NCBI RefSeq assembly: GCF_041886205.1
Contig: NZ_CP169029.1
Length of the DNA stretch: 64,000 nt
DNA from: Escherichia coli
GTDB taxonomy: Bacteria > Pseudomonadota > Gammaproteobacteria > Enterobacterales > Enterobacteriaceae
Reading direction: 5' to 3' (one strand)
Shown: piece by piece, positions 1 through 12,833 of the stretch
Layout: the number at the start of each line of letters is the position of its first letter
Position numbering within the stretch: position 1 is the first letter of the stretch
Made by a program: the position numbers and the translations under genes
The notes under the pieces: model-generated
What the model was told of the DNA's origin: nothing
Database searches by the model: none
What the model saw: only the letters and a program-made list of their open reading frames with translations

Positions 1-238
<238 letters not shown>

Positions 239-480
239 CTAGATTGAGTTAATCTCCATGTAGCGTTACAAGTATTACACAAAGTTTTTTATGTTGAGAA
301 TATTTTTTTGATGGGAAGGCACTTATTTTTGATCGTTCGCTCAAAGAAGCATCGAACGCTGGGTTTTAGATAAAAAAATTGAGAGAAAACAGGATGCTTC
401 CATCGGATTCATCTTAGATAAAGTGAGATTATATAGTGAAATCCGATTTGATTTTTTATTGCTTCTGGTTATCGATTAAA

Positions 481-507
481 TAAAAAAAGCGCCCATCAGG
501 GCGCTTC
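481..507 (-). terminator. Rho-independent terminator downstream of pykF
   Basis: GC hairpin agcgccc-atca-gggcgct adjacent to A7 run on + strand (U-run on minus-strand transcript), 30 bp after pykF stop. Confidence 0.6.
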
Positions 508-536
508 GATATACAAATTAATTCACAAAAGCAATA

Positions 537-1949
537 TTACAGGACGTGAACAGATGCGGTGTTAGTAGTGCCGCTCGGTACCAGTGCACCAGAAACCATA
601 ACTACAACGTCACCTTTGTGTGCCAGACCGCTCTGCAGAGCCAGTTCTTTACCCAGACGGTAGAAATCATCAGTAGAAGTGATCTCTTTAACCAGCTGCG
701 GCACAACGCCTTTGCTCAGTACCAACTGATGAGCCGTTTTTTCGTTGGTGGTCAGTGCCAGGATGGTGGCATCCGGGAAGTATTTACGTACTGCGCGAGC
801 AGATTTACCGCCCTGAGTAGCAACCACGATCAGCGGAGCATCCAGTTTTTCAGCAGTTTCAACGGCACCACGGCATACCGCTTCGGTAATGCGCAGTTTA
901 CGGTTGTCATTGTTGAACTCGAGACGGCTGTTCATCACGCGGTCGGTACGTTCGCAGATGGTCGCCATGATAGAAACCGCTTCCAGCGGGTATTTACCTT
1001 TTGCGGATTCACCAGACAGCATCACTGCGTCAGTACCGTCGAGGATGGCGTTTGCAACGTCACCGGCTTCTGCGCGAGTCGGGCGTGGGTTTTTGATCAT
1101 GGAATCCAGCATCTGGGTCGCAGTGATAACGACTTTACGTGCACGGATACATTTTTCGATCATCATCTTCTGGGCGAAGATAACTTCTTCTACCGGGATT
1201 TCTACACCCAGGTCGCCACGCGCAACCATGATGCCGTCAGAGGCTTCGAGGATTTCGTCGAAGTTGTTGAGGCCTTCCTGGTTTTCGATTTTGGAGATGA
1301 TGTGGATGTTTTCGCCGCCGTGCGCTTTCAGGTGCTCACGGATTTCGATAACGTCAGAACGCTTACGAATAAAGGAAGCAGCAACAAAGTCTACGCCTTG
1401 TTCGCAACCAAAGATCAGGTCCTGTTTGTCTTTTTCAGCCAGTGCTGGCAGAGCAATGGAAACGCCAGGCAGGTTCACACCTTTGTTTTCGCCCAGGTCA
1501 CCGTTGTTCAGCACTTTACAGATAACTTTGTTACCTTCAATGGCGGTAACTTCCATACCGATCAGACCATCGTCAACCAGTACGGTGTTGCCAACAGACA
1601 GGTCAGTAGTGAAACCTTCATACGTTACCGCAACCATTTCGCTGTTGCCGATAACAGATTTATCAGTGGTGAAAGTAAAGGTCTGACCAGCTTTCAGAGA
1701 AACGTCGTTACCGCCTTCCAGTTTCATGGTGCGGATTTCCGGACCTTTGGTATCAAGCAGGATAGCGGCGGTTTTACCAGTTTTGCTCATCACGTTGCGC
1801 AGATTCTGAATGCGCTGACCGTGTTCTGCATAGTCACCATGAGAGAAGTTCAGACGCATAACGTTCATGCCAGCGTCCAGCATTTTAGCTAACATCTCTT
1901 CAGATTCGGTTTTCGGTCCGATGGTGCAAACAATTTTGGTCTTTTTCAT
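537..1949 (-). CDS. pykF: Pyruvate kinase I (470 aa)
   Basis: ORF-track protein contains [44 protein letters not shown]...; recalled PykF begins at internal Met 73 of the 542-aa track ORF; length 470 aa. Confidence 0.95.
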
Positions 1950-2505
1950 GACAGTCTTAGTCTTTAAGTTGAGAAGGATGGGAGAAACTTGCTTTCTGGG
2001 CGCACTGCCGGAAAGCGAATCCGGTATTACGAAAGTGGTGGTGCCTCGCTCTAAGGATAGGTGACATCGAAAAAGCGTGCAGAGGAATGTGTGCTTGTGT
2101 CTCAGCCCAACGTGAGTGCCTGTTTTTGAGTCGTTGAGTTCTACAGTCCAAAGTGCTGAAACCATTCAAGAGTCAATTGGCGCGCATTATACGCTGAAAT
2201 TAATCCAAAAGGAAAACAAAAACAGCGTTTCAAAAAATATACAACTTGTTAGACAATAAATTGTTATCAAAGATTTAACGTTCCAGGGAAAAGGTTACGC
2301 AAAAACTTCACTGTTTGCGCAACGTCTGGTGCCGAAGTTGTCAGTGTGAGGATAAGTGAAAGTTCATCCGGTGTATAAATATATCATCGCTCAATTGCTA
2401 CAGTTAAAATAATTTATCGCGTTATTTGTCTGATTTTGTTTGATTTTTGTTTAATTGGTTAGATTGATATATGCTGATAGTTGGCATGATAAATAGGTAT
2501 AAAGA

Positions 2506-2715
2506 ATGGGAAATCGGACAAAAGAGGATGAACTGTACCGAGAAATGTGCAGAGTTGTCGGTAAAGTTGTGCTGGAAATGCGCGATCTGGGGCAGGAACC
2601 AAAGCATATTGTTATCGCAGGCGTATTACGTACAGCATTAGCCAATAAACGCATTCAGCGCAGTGAGCTGGAAAAGCAGGCGATGGAAACCGTCATTAAC
2701 GCACTGGTAAAATGA
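2506..2715 (+). CDS. ydhZ: Small protein YdhZ (FumD, 69 aa)
   Basis: 69-aa ORF MGNRTKEDELYREMCRVVGK... divergent from pykF, as in the K-12 arrangement from memory. Confidence 0.75.
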   Translation: MGNRTKEDELYREMCRVVGKVVLEMRDLGQEPKHIVIAGVLRTALANKRIQRSELEKQAMETVINALVK

Positions 2716-2955
2716 CCATTCAGGATGAGGCGGTAAGCTTCATCCTGATATTCTTGCTTCAGTTGCGGTCCAGTTAATCATTCTAAATAACAACTGCTGA
2801 AATTATACGAATTGCGGTATGTATTTTAATTTATAACGATAATATTATTTTTATTTTCTGCAATGAACGTCACAAATAATTGTCGCTTAAGTTAAATTTA
2901 TTTTAAATGATAATAAATATCAGTTCACTTATAATTTCTTGCTTTGTAATTTTAA

Positions 2956-2969
2956 TTGATAACGATCAA
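2956..2969. promoter_or_regulatory. Candidate FNR binding site (TTGAT-N4-ATCAA) upstream of ydhY
   Basis: Perfect match ttgat aacg atcaa about 200 bp upstream of ydhY start in an AT-rich intergenic region. Confidence 0.5.
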
Positions 2970-3170
2970 TGTTAAGGGTTCAGAATAATTACATTATTTT
3001 TTCTCCTAACCATAAAGGATTAGTTTATCGGCGTTAAATCTTTTCTCATACACTATCGGGTTAGGGAAAATATCTGGTGTTGGGGACAGAGTCAGCAGCG
3101 TATTAGTTGAATGCTTAATATCAGGCTGCTGAATTGTCAGCACTGTGTTTGCGAAGAGGATGCGAAATAA

Positions 3171-5920
<2,750 letters not shown>

Positions 5921-5923
5921 GGA

Positions 5924-6571
5924 ATGGGTAAGATGAACCATCAGGATGAATTGCCGTTAGCGAAAGTCAGCGAAGTTGACGAGGCGAAGCGGCAATGGTT
6001 GCAGGGGATGCGTCACCCCGTTGATACGGTAACCGAACCAGAACCTGCTGAAATCCTGGCTGAGTTCATTCGCCAGCATTCTGCGGCTGGGCAGCTGGTG
6101 GCGCGCGCCGTGTTTCTCTCGCCACCCTATTTGGTTGCAGAAGAGGAACTGTCAGTTTTGCTGGAAAGCATTAAGCAGAACGGAGACTACGCGGATATCG
6201 CTTGTTTGACGGGAAGCAAGGATGATTACTATTACTCAACGCAGGCCATGAGTGAAAACTACGCGGCGATGTCTTTGCAAGTTGTGGAGCAGGACATTTG
6301 TCGCGCCATTGCACACGCCGTTCGTTTTGAGTGCCAGACGTATCCTCGTCCTTACAAAGTCGCCATGCTGATGCAAGCGCCATATTACTTCCAGGAAGCG
6401 CAGATTGAAGCCGCGATCGCCGCGATGGATGTTGCACCTGAATATGCCGATATACGGCAGGTGGAGTCATCGACGGCGGTGTTGTACTTGTTTAGCGAGC
6501 GATTTATGACCTATGGCAAGGCTTATGGCTTATGCGAATGGTTCGAGGTAGAGCAGTTTCAGAACCCCTGA
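5924..6571 (+). CDS. ydhW: Uncharacterised protein YdhW (215 aa)
   Basis: 215-aa ORF immediately downstream of ydhV, same strand. Confidence 0.8.
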   Translation: MGKMNHQDELPLAKVSEVDEAKRQWLQGMRHPVDTVTEPEPAEILAEFIRQHSAAGQLVARAVFLSPPYLVAEEELSVLLESIKQNGDYADIACLTGSKDDYYYSTQAMSENYAAMSLQVVEQDICRAIAHAVRFECQTYPRPYKVAMLMQAPYYFQEAQIEAAIAAMDVAPEYADIRQVESSTAVLYLFSERFMTYGKAYGLCEWFEVEQFQNP

Positions 6572-6634
6572 AATTTCAGGGAGATGTCATGGATAGGGTG
6601 GACAGTTGCAGCCACTGCATTAGGGGATAATCAG

Positions 6635-7303
6635 ATGTCCTTCACTCGACGCAAATTTGTTCTGGGGATGGGAACAGTAATCTTTTTTACTGGTTCTGCG
6701 TCTTCTCTGTTAGCGAACACGAGGCAAGAAAAGGAAGTTCGGTATGCCATGATTCATGACGAGTCACGGTGCAATGGCTGTAATATTTGCGCCCGCGCAT
6801 GCCGTAAAACTAACCACGTCCCCGCTCAGGGAAGCCGTTTATCGATAGCACACATTCCAGTCACCGATAACGACAACGAAACGCAGTATCACTTTTTTCG
6901 CCAGTCATGTCAGCACTGCGAAGATGCTCCGTGCATCGACGTTTGCCCGACGGGGGCATCGTGGCGTGATGAGCAGGGGATCGTGCGGGTAGAAAAATCG
7001 CAGTGCATCGGCTGCAGTTATTGCATTGGCGCTTGTCCGTACCAGGTTCGCTACCTTAACCCTGTCACTAAAGTGGCAGATAAATGTGATTTCTGCGCTG
7101 AGTCCCGGCTGGCAAAAGGCTTTCCGCCCATTTGCGTCAGCGCTTGTCCGGAACACGCATTGATCTTTGGTCGCGAAGATAGCCCAGAAATTCAGGCGTG
7201 GTTGCAGGAAAATAAATACTATCAATATCAGCTACCTGGTGCCGGGAAACCGCATCTGTATCGCCGGTTCGGTCAACATTTGATTAAAAAGGAAAATGTA
7301 TGA
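6635..7303 (+). CDS. ydhX: Tat-signal 4Fe-4S ferredoxin-type protein YdhX (222 aa)
   Basis: MSFTRRKFVLGMG twin-arginine-like signal plus Cys clusters; start at internal Met of track ORF 6584..7303. Confidence 0.8.
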   Translation: MSFTRRKFVLGMGTVIFFTGSASSLLANTRQEKEVRYAMIHDESRCNGCNICARACRKTNHVPAQGSRLSIAHIPVTDNDNETQYHFFRQSCQHCEDAPCIDVCPTGASWRDEQGIVRVEKSQCIGCSYCIGACPYQVRYLNPVTKVADKCDFCAESRLAKGFPPICVSACPEHALIFGREDSPEIQAWLQENKYYQYQLPGAGKPHLYRRFGQHLIKKENV

Positions 7304-8085
7304 ACCCGTCGCAACATGCTGAACAGTTTCAGAGCCAGTTAGCGAACTATGTGCCACAGTTCACTCCCGAATTTTGGCCGGTGTGGTTGATCATTGCCGG
7401 AGTATTGCTGGTTGGGATGTGGTTGGTGCTGGGGCTGCACGCCTTGCTTCGTGCTCGTGGCGTGAAGAAATCAGCCACCGATCATGGTGAGAAGATTTAT
7501 CTTTACAGCAAAGCGGTCAGATTATGGCACTGGTCGAATGCGTTACTCTTTGTATTGTTGCTGGCAAGTGGGCTGATAAATCACTTTGCGCTGGTGGGCG
7601 CAACTGCGGTCAAAAGTCTGGTTGCGTTGCATGAAGTTTGCGGATTTTTGTTACTCGCATGCTGGCTCGGCTTTGTGCTGATCAATGCTGTTGGGGGTAA
7701 TGGTCACCACTATCGCATTCGTCGTCAGGGGTGGCTGGAACGAGCGGCAAAACAAACGCGATTTTATTTGTTTGGCATTATGCAGGGGGAAGAACATCCT
7801 TTCCCGGCAACAACCCAGTCTAAATTTAATCCCTTACAGCAGGTCGCCTATGTTGGTGTCATGTATGGATTGCTGCCGTTGTTACTATTGACGGGGCTGC
7901 TGTGTCTCTATCCGCAAGCCGTGGGAGATGTGTTTCCTGGCGTAAGATACTGGTTATTGCAGGCGCATTTTGCTCTGGCATTTATAAGCCTCTTTTTTAT
8001 CTTCGGTCATCTTTATCTTTGCACCACGGGGCGTACGCCACACGAAACCTTTAAAAGCATGGTCGATGGCTATCACCGGCACTAA
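7300..8085 (+). CDS. ydhU: Membrane b-type cytochrome-like subunit YdhU (261 aa)
   Basis: Hydrophobic multi-TM ORF overlapping ydhX stop by 4 nt (operon coupling). Confidence 0.85.
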   Translation: MNPSQHAEQFQSQLANYVPQFTPEFWPVWLIIAGVLLVGMWLVLGLHALLRARGVKKSATDHGEKIYLYSKAVRLWHWSNALLFVLLLASGLINHFALVGATAVKSLVALHEVCGFLLLACWLGFVLINAVGGNGHHYRIRRQGWLERAAKQTRFYLFGIMQGEEHPFPATTQSKFNPLQQVAYVGVMYGLLPLLLLTGLLCLYPQAVGDVFPGVRYWLLQAHFALAFISLFFIFGHLYLCTTGRTPHETFKSMVDGYHRH

Positions 8086-8088
8086 CGA

Positions 8089-8901
8089 ATGATCATTACA
8101 CGAGCAGACCTGCGAGAATGGCGTATCGGAGCGGTGATGTATCGCTGGTTCCTGCGCCATTTCCCACGCGGCGGTAGTTATGCCGATATTCATCATGCAC
8201 TGATTGAGGAAGGATATACGGACTGGGCGGAGAGTCTGGTTGAGTATGCGTGGAAAAAATGGCTGGCGGATGAAAACTTCGCGCATCAGGAAGTTTCCTC
8301 TATGCAAAAACTGGCCACAGACCCCGGAGAGATACCATTTTGCAGTCAGTTTGCCCGCAGCGACGATCATGCTCGCATCGGCTGTTGTGAGGATAACGCC
8401 CGAATCGCAACCGCTGGGTATGCCGCGCAAATTGCCAGTATGGGTTATAGCGTGCGGATTGGAAGTGTCGGCTTTAACAGTCACATTGGCAGCTCCGGTG
8501 AACGCGCACGGGTTGCTGTAACCGGTAATTCTTCGCGGATAAGCAGCGCTGGAGATAGTAGTCGGATTGCGAACACCGGAATGCGAGTACGCGTTTGTAC
8601 ATTGGGTGAACGGTGTCATGTCGCCAGTAATGGTGACCTGGCGCAAATCGCCAGCTTTGGCGCAAACGCCAGAATTGCCAACAGCGGCGACAATGTACAC
8701 ATCATTGCCAGCGGTGAAAATTCAACGGTTGTGAGCACGGGCGTGGTCGACTCAATTATTCTCGGGCCAGGGGGAAGCGCCGCACTGGCATATCATGACG
8801 GCGAAAGAGTTCGCTTCGCCGTCGCCATTGAAGGTGAAAACAATATTCGAGCCGGAGTCCGCTATCGTCTTAATGAACAGCATCAGTTTGTTGAGTGCTG
8901 A
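8089..8901 (+). CDS. ydhT: Uncharacterised protein YdhT (270 aa) with internal 9-residue tandem repeats
   Basis: 270-aa ORF; C-terminal half shows repeated I-x-S/T-x-G-x-x-x-R/H units. Confidence 0.8.
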   Translation: MIITRADLREWRIGAVMYRWFLRHFPRGGSYADIHHALIEEGYTDWAESLVEYAWKKWLADENFAHQEVSSMQKLATDPGEIPFCSQFARSDDHARIGCCEDNARIATAGYAAQIASMGYSVRIGSVGFNSHIGSSGERARVAVTGNSSRISSAGDSSRIANTGMRVRVCTLGERCHVASNGDLAQIASFGANARIANSGDNVHIIASGENSTVVSTGVVDSIILGPGGSAALAYHDGERVRFAVAIEGENNIRAGVRYRLNEQHQFVEC

Positions 8902-8912
8902 TAGCTTTACCT

Positions 8913-10517
8913 TTAATCAAACGAAAGACGCCGACGTGCACGGGATGCAGGTTTTACGACCGCCCGAGCCATCGCCTCACCAATTTCTGCACATGCCGTA
9001 AGTCCCTGAACGAAAGGCTGGTCGTGCATCAACCAGGGCAACGCGCCGAACGCTACGCGTCCACGAATATCTTCGGGTTGCTGTAACGTATAATCTTCGC
9101 CAACATCAGGGATTTCATCCCCTGTTTTCTGTAATTGCTCGCGTAGCCCAGGGAAAGGAATATCTTTCACTTTAAGCGGACGCTGTCCGCGGGCATCAAT
9201 AAAAACGTCAAACGAGTAGCTGTTGTCTTCCGTTTTCAGGACGGTGCGCGACTCATTAATTTCCATTTCGTAGTCTTCACCGAGGGCGAGAATATGAATG
9301 ATCCCCGCTTCACGTAAGGCCAGCAGCCGACGAATAGACTCTGAAGGGATTGCCGCATAATTATCGATAAAAACCCGGGTAAGGCCTTTACTGAACCGTT
9401 TATGGTCGTGTTCATTCAGATGTGGAACAATTTCCTGTACGGCTTCATGCAGGCGCAGAATGACATAACGCCAGGGAACAGTATGTTTTTCTCGTTTATT
9501 GCGTTCGACTTCCTGGAGATTTTTTTCTGCCCAGTCAAATGGGTCGCGTTGTTTGCGCTCGGCAAACCAGGCTTGAGCAAAGGAATCGACATTCAGGCTC
9601 TCTAAGGCTATGCGTTGGCTCCAGTCTGGATCAGCAAACTTGATTTCCTCTACTATCAATCTAAATACCCGATCCAAAAGGCCCTCTTCGCCTTTTTGAA
9701 TCTCAGCATTTAATGCCTGATCGGTGACAATGTGTAAGGACTCGTAGGGAATAGGGCAATAGAAATCGGCTTCGGGTAAAATACCCGTGCGCGACATCAA
9801 CGTGATATTTAGCTTTTCACTTGCGTTATCGCGGTGAAAAACGACGTGTTGTTTATCATCTTCAATGAACGAACCATGCTGAATAGCCACTGCCATTGCC
9901 GCATCCAGTCCGCTCAAGGATGTTCCCATAATACCCACGTTACACGCATCGACCTTTGCTTCCATCAGGCCTGACCACGGGCTGGGAAAATACGTTCGGG
10001 TTGCTTCTTCTTCATCAGGCCAGACGTGACCCGTGGCAATCACCGCTAAATCAAACGTCTCGCTGGGTAAACCCTGATTTGTAGCGAGCATGACGCCAGC
10101 ATTTGTAATTTGCAGATCGGTAACCTGGCATGATTCATAAACAGCCACTGCAAATTTTTGCTTTCGTGCCTGGTCTACTAATCGTAAAAATTGATCGCGG
10201 AAATATTCGCCCAGCAGAATTCGCGGTAAAAACTGACGATCGTGCAAGGTTTCTTTTTTAACGCCATAACGCTGGAGATGGCTGGCTTCTTGCTTTTGTA
10301 GCCATTCGAGATACGTACAATTAATCGGCGGTATTTCAATACTGGCAATATTTGCCAGCATCATTTTTGAGTTTTCCTCATCACTGTATGGCATCCCGAC
10401 ACCGGCCTCGTCAGCCTGCTCGAAGATAGAAATAGAAAGTGGAGTTTGTTGCTGTAGAAGCGAGAATAAGGTGTAGATCCCCGTAGGCCCGGCACCCACA
10501 ATAGCAATTTTTTTCAT
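8913..10517 (-). CDS. ydhS: FAD/NAD(P)-binding protein YdhS (534 aa)
   Basis: N-terminal MKKIAIVGAGPTGIYTL Rossmann dinucleotide-binding motif; length as recalled for ydhS. Confidence 0.9.
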   Translation of the reverse strand: MKKIAIVGAGPTGIYTLFSLLQQQTPLSISIFEQADEAGVGMPYSDEENSKMMLANIASIEIPPINCTYLEWLQKQEASHLQRYGVKKETLHDRQFLPRILLGEYFRDQFLRLVDQARKQKFAVAVYESCQVTDLQITNAGVMLATNQGLPSETFDLAVIATGHVWPDEEEATRTYFPSPWSGLMEAKVDACNVGIMGTSLSGLDAAMAVAIQHGSFIEDDKQHVVFHRDNASEKLNITLMSRTGILPEADFYCPIPYESLHIVTDQALNAEIQKGEEGLLDRVFRLIVEEIKFADPDWSQRIALESLNVDSFAQAWFAERKQRDPFDWAEKNLQEVERNKREKHTVPWRYVILRLHEAVQEIVPHLNEHDHKRFSKGLTRVFIDNYAAIPSESIRRLLALREAGIIHILALGEDYEMEINESRTVLKTEDNSYSFDVFIDARGQRPLKVKDIPFPGLREQLQKTGDEIPDVGEDYTLQQPEDIRGRVAFGALPWLMHDQPFVQGLTACAEIGEAMARAVVKPASRARRRLSFD

Positions 10518-10600
10518 TGTTACTTACCTGTACGCATTCTTTCGAATTTAGTGTTATCAGATAAGTTTGGTTGAGATTTTTAGAATTTGAGAAATTTCAG

Positions 10601-10628
10601 ACAGGGATGAAAAGGGCGCTAACCGCCC
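10601..10628 (-). terminator. Probable terminator downstream of ydhR
   Basis: Hairpin gggcg-ctaac-cgccc followed on minus strand by U-rich tract, just after ydhR stop. Confidence 0.4.
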
Positions 10629-10903
10629 TTGATTAAATTCTGTCAGGCGAGTTTTGCCTGATTGATTTGACTCAGTGGCTCATTGACATCGAAAACTTTG
10701 GCGACAACTTCCTCAACGCCGAGATTTTTAAGTCGGGCAGTATGTTTTTCCAGATAGGCAAGGGCGCTTTTTTCATCAGTAAAAAGATAGATCCCACCGG
10801 CTTCGTGGTTCTTTTCACTTTCTGTCCATACCTTCCACAGAAAACCAGGTTCCTGATTAATTGAACCGCCCCGGGTTTCCTGGAGAGTGTTTTATCTGTG
10901 AAC

Positions 10904-11794
10904 TCAGGCTGCCAGATCATCGTTTCCGATGGAAGCATAATAAGCTTTTTCTGCTTCTGCCGGAGGAGTATGGCCCAGCCTTTCCAGCAATCGTCGATTG
11001 TTATACCAGTCCACCCACGTGAGTGTGGCCAGTTCCACTTCTGCACGGTTTTTCCAGCTCTTACGGTGTATTACCTCCGCTTTGTAAAGACCATTGATGC
11101 TCTCCGCCATCGCGTTGTCATACGAGTCGCCTGTACTTCCTGTTGATGCCAGTAATCCGGCTTCCTTAAGCCGCTGTGTGTAGGCCAGCGATACATACTG
11201 AGAACCTTTATCACTGTGATGGACCGTGCCGGACGGTCGACGGGCCCATAACGCCTGCTCCAGTGCATCCAGCACGAATGTCGTTTCCATGGACGATGAG
11301 ACCCGCCACCCCACGATGTATCCGGCAAACACATCAATGATGAACGCCACATAGACGAAGCCCCGCCATGTGCTGACGTAAGTAAAATCAGCCACCCACA
11401 GCTGGTCAGGTCGTTCTGCCACGAACTGACGGTTTACGCGGTCGCCTGCGGCAACGGCTTTCCGGCTGATGGTCGTACGGACCTTTTTACCCCGGAGAAC
11501 ACCGGCAAGTCCCATAACCGCCATGAGACGTGCCACAGTGCATCTGGCCACTCTGATACCTTCCCGTAACAACTGACGCCAGACTTTACGCACACCGTAT
11601 ACCTTGTGATTTTCATCGTATACGCGCTGTATCTCTTTCTTCAGCCAGTCATCGCGCTGCGCACGGGCACTGCGTTTATCCGGATGATGTCGCTGTTGCT
11701 GACAGTGGTAATACGTTGACGGGGCAATATGCAGTTCGCTGCATAGCGGTCCGACCCCGTACTGCTCACGCAGCTTATCCAGCAGTGGCATCAT
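10904..11794 (-). CDS. IS629 transposase OrfB (296 aa, DDE integrase-like)
   Basis: [20 protein letters not shown]...; overlaps orfA consistent with IS3-family programmed frameshift. Confidence 0.9.
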   Translation of the reverse strand: MMPLLDKLREQYGVGPLCSELHIAPSTYYHCQQQRHHPDKRSARAQRDDWLKKEIQRVYDENHKVYGVRKVWRQLLREGIRVARCTVARLMAVMGLAGVLRGKKVRTTISRKAVAAGDRVNRQFVAERPDQLWVADFTYVSTWRGFVYVAFIIDVFAGYIVGWRVSSSMETTFVLDALEQALWARRPSGTVHHSDKGSQYVSLAYTQRLKEAGLLASTGSTGDSYDNAMAESINGLYKAEVIHRKSWKNRAEVELATLTWVDWYNNRRLLERLGHTPPAEAEKAYYASIGNDDLAA

Positions 11795-12117
11795 TTTTTC
11801 CAGAGGCGGTCGAACTCCGCCTTCGCAAAATAAGCGGAAGCCTGGCGAAGGATATCGTTACTGCGGCGCAGTTCACGATTTTCACGTTCCAGCTCTTTCA
11901 GACGCTGACGTTCAGCGGTGGTGAGCCCTCCATCACCGCCCCCGGTATCCCGCTCATGCTGGCGAACCCAGACACGCAGAGTCTCCGGCGTACAGCCAAT
12001 CTTTGGAGCAATGGAACAAATTGTCGCCCATTGTGAGTCATATTCGCTCTGACTTTCCAGAACCATACGGACTGCCCGTTGACGGACTTCGGGGGAAAAA
12101 CGAGTATTTTTAGTCAT
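11791..12117 (-). CDS. IS629 OrfA (108 aa, HTH)
   Basis: [57 protein letters not shown]... recalled as IS629 OrfA. Confidence 0.9.
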   Translation of the reverse strand: MTKNTRFSPEVRQRAVRMVLESQSEYDSQWATICSIAPKIGCTPETLRVWVRQHERDTGGGDGGLTTAERQRLKELERENRELRRSNDILRQASAYFAKAEFDRLWKK

Positions 12118-12368
12118 CCTGTTTACCTCTTTCTCAGGAAGTTTAGTCTCCAGGATTCCCGGGGCGGTTCAAATCGACTCAGCAAGCGGTTTAAGCTGCT
12201 CAGCCATTGCGTCGCCAAATGGGCCATTAAAAGCAAAATGAAGTTGTAACAAAGTTGCCATAGCGATTCTCCTTCTGATAACGCATACGAAGACAGTGTA
12301 AATCTTTTAACGTATTGGATACAGAGAAGAAACAGAGGGAAAAAGGAGAAGACCAGATTAAGAAAATC

Positions 12369-12445
12369 TGGTGCGTCCGAGTGGACTCGAACCACCGACC
12401 CCCACCATGTCAAGGTGGTGCTCTAACCAACTGAGCTACGGACGC
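12369..12445 (-). tRNA. valW: tRNA-Val (anticodon GAC)
   Basis: Reverse complement GCGTCCGTAGCTCAGTTGGTTAGAGCACCACCTTGACATGGTGGGGGTCGGTGGTTCGAGTCCACTCGGACGCACCA; 77 nt with CCA end. valV/valW name assigned by position only. Confidence 0.9.
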
Positions 12446-12449
12446 AGGA

Positions 12450-12526
12450 TGGTGCGTTCAATTGGACTCGAACCAACGACCCCCACCATGTCAAGGTGGT
12501 GCTCTAACCAACTGAGCTATGAACGC
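12450..12526 (-). tRNA. valV: tRNA-Val (anticodon GAC), second copy
   Basis: Reverse complement GCGTTCATAGCTCAGTTGGTTAGAGCACCACCTTGACATGGTGGGGGTCGTTGGTTCGAGTCCAATTGAACGCACCA; tandem with the first copy, 4-nt spacer. Confidence 0.9.
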
Positions 12527-12833
12527 AACGTTGTAGGTGACAACGGGGACGAATATTAGCGGCAGAGTGGGAAGGTGGCAAGAGGCAAAACGTAATTTTC
12601 TGCGCTATTTCGACCGTTTGCAGAGCTTTTAAGCAAATTGGCTATATTTTGTTGATTTGCAAGGGCGATTTTTATTCAGGATCGCATTTACATCTGATAC
12701 AACCCAATAATTCGTGTATCAGAGTTTAAACAGAGTTGTTTGCCACCATCTCAAATCTGTCGTGGATAAATCCTCCGTAGCCTTTACACTTAGGTAGCAA
12801 TAAAGGCACACAGATGCAGCAAAGGAATAAATC

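Larger units (their letters stand above)
10862..12171 (-). mobile_element. IS629 (IS3 family), 1310 bp, flanked by 3-bp direct repeat AAT
   Basis: Terminal inverted repeats tgaaccgccccggg... / ...cccggggcggttca; orfA/orfB pair matches IS629 proteins from memory; AAT at 10859-10861 and 12172-12174. Confidence 0.9.
10644..12261 (-). pseudogene. ydhR: ydhR interrupted by IS629
   Basis: Minus strand encodes [30 protein letters not shown] at 12172-12261 and [31 protein letters not shown]...AKLA at 10644-10861; the halves are separated by a 1310-bp IS. Confidence 0.85.

Noticed and set aside
546-1892. Long + strand ORFs (448 aa and 265 aa) overlapping pykF
   Set aside because: They are antisense shadow ORFs inside a highly conserved, codon-biased gene; pykF on the minus strand explains the region. 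The same applies to other long antisense ORFs (e.g. 20152-20991 in purR, 40869-41585 in pheS, 42263-42865 in pheT, 63124-63864 in sufD and the many GC-rich ORFs inside lhr).
8400-8780. Periodic 27-nt repeats considered as a possible CRISPR-like or minisatellite array
   Set aside because: The periodicity lies within the ydhT coding frame and reflects a repetitive protein motif; the repeats are degenerate at the nucleotide level and lack repeat-spacer structure or nearby cas genes.
10862-12530. Genomic island or integrase-associated insertion at the tRNA-Val genes
   Set aside because: The only foreign DNA near the tRNAs is a single IS629 with a 3-bp duplication inside ydhR; there is no integrase, no direct repeat of a tRNA 3' end and no cargo genes.
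12371-12559. 62-aa + strand ORF MRPSGLEPPTPTMSRWCSNQLSYG...
   Set aside because: It is the translation of two tandem tRNA-Val genes on the opposite strand, with the internal duplication typical of tRNA repeats; not coding.
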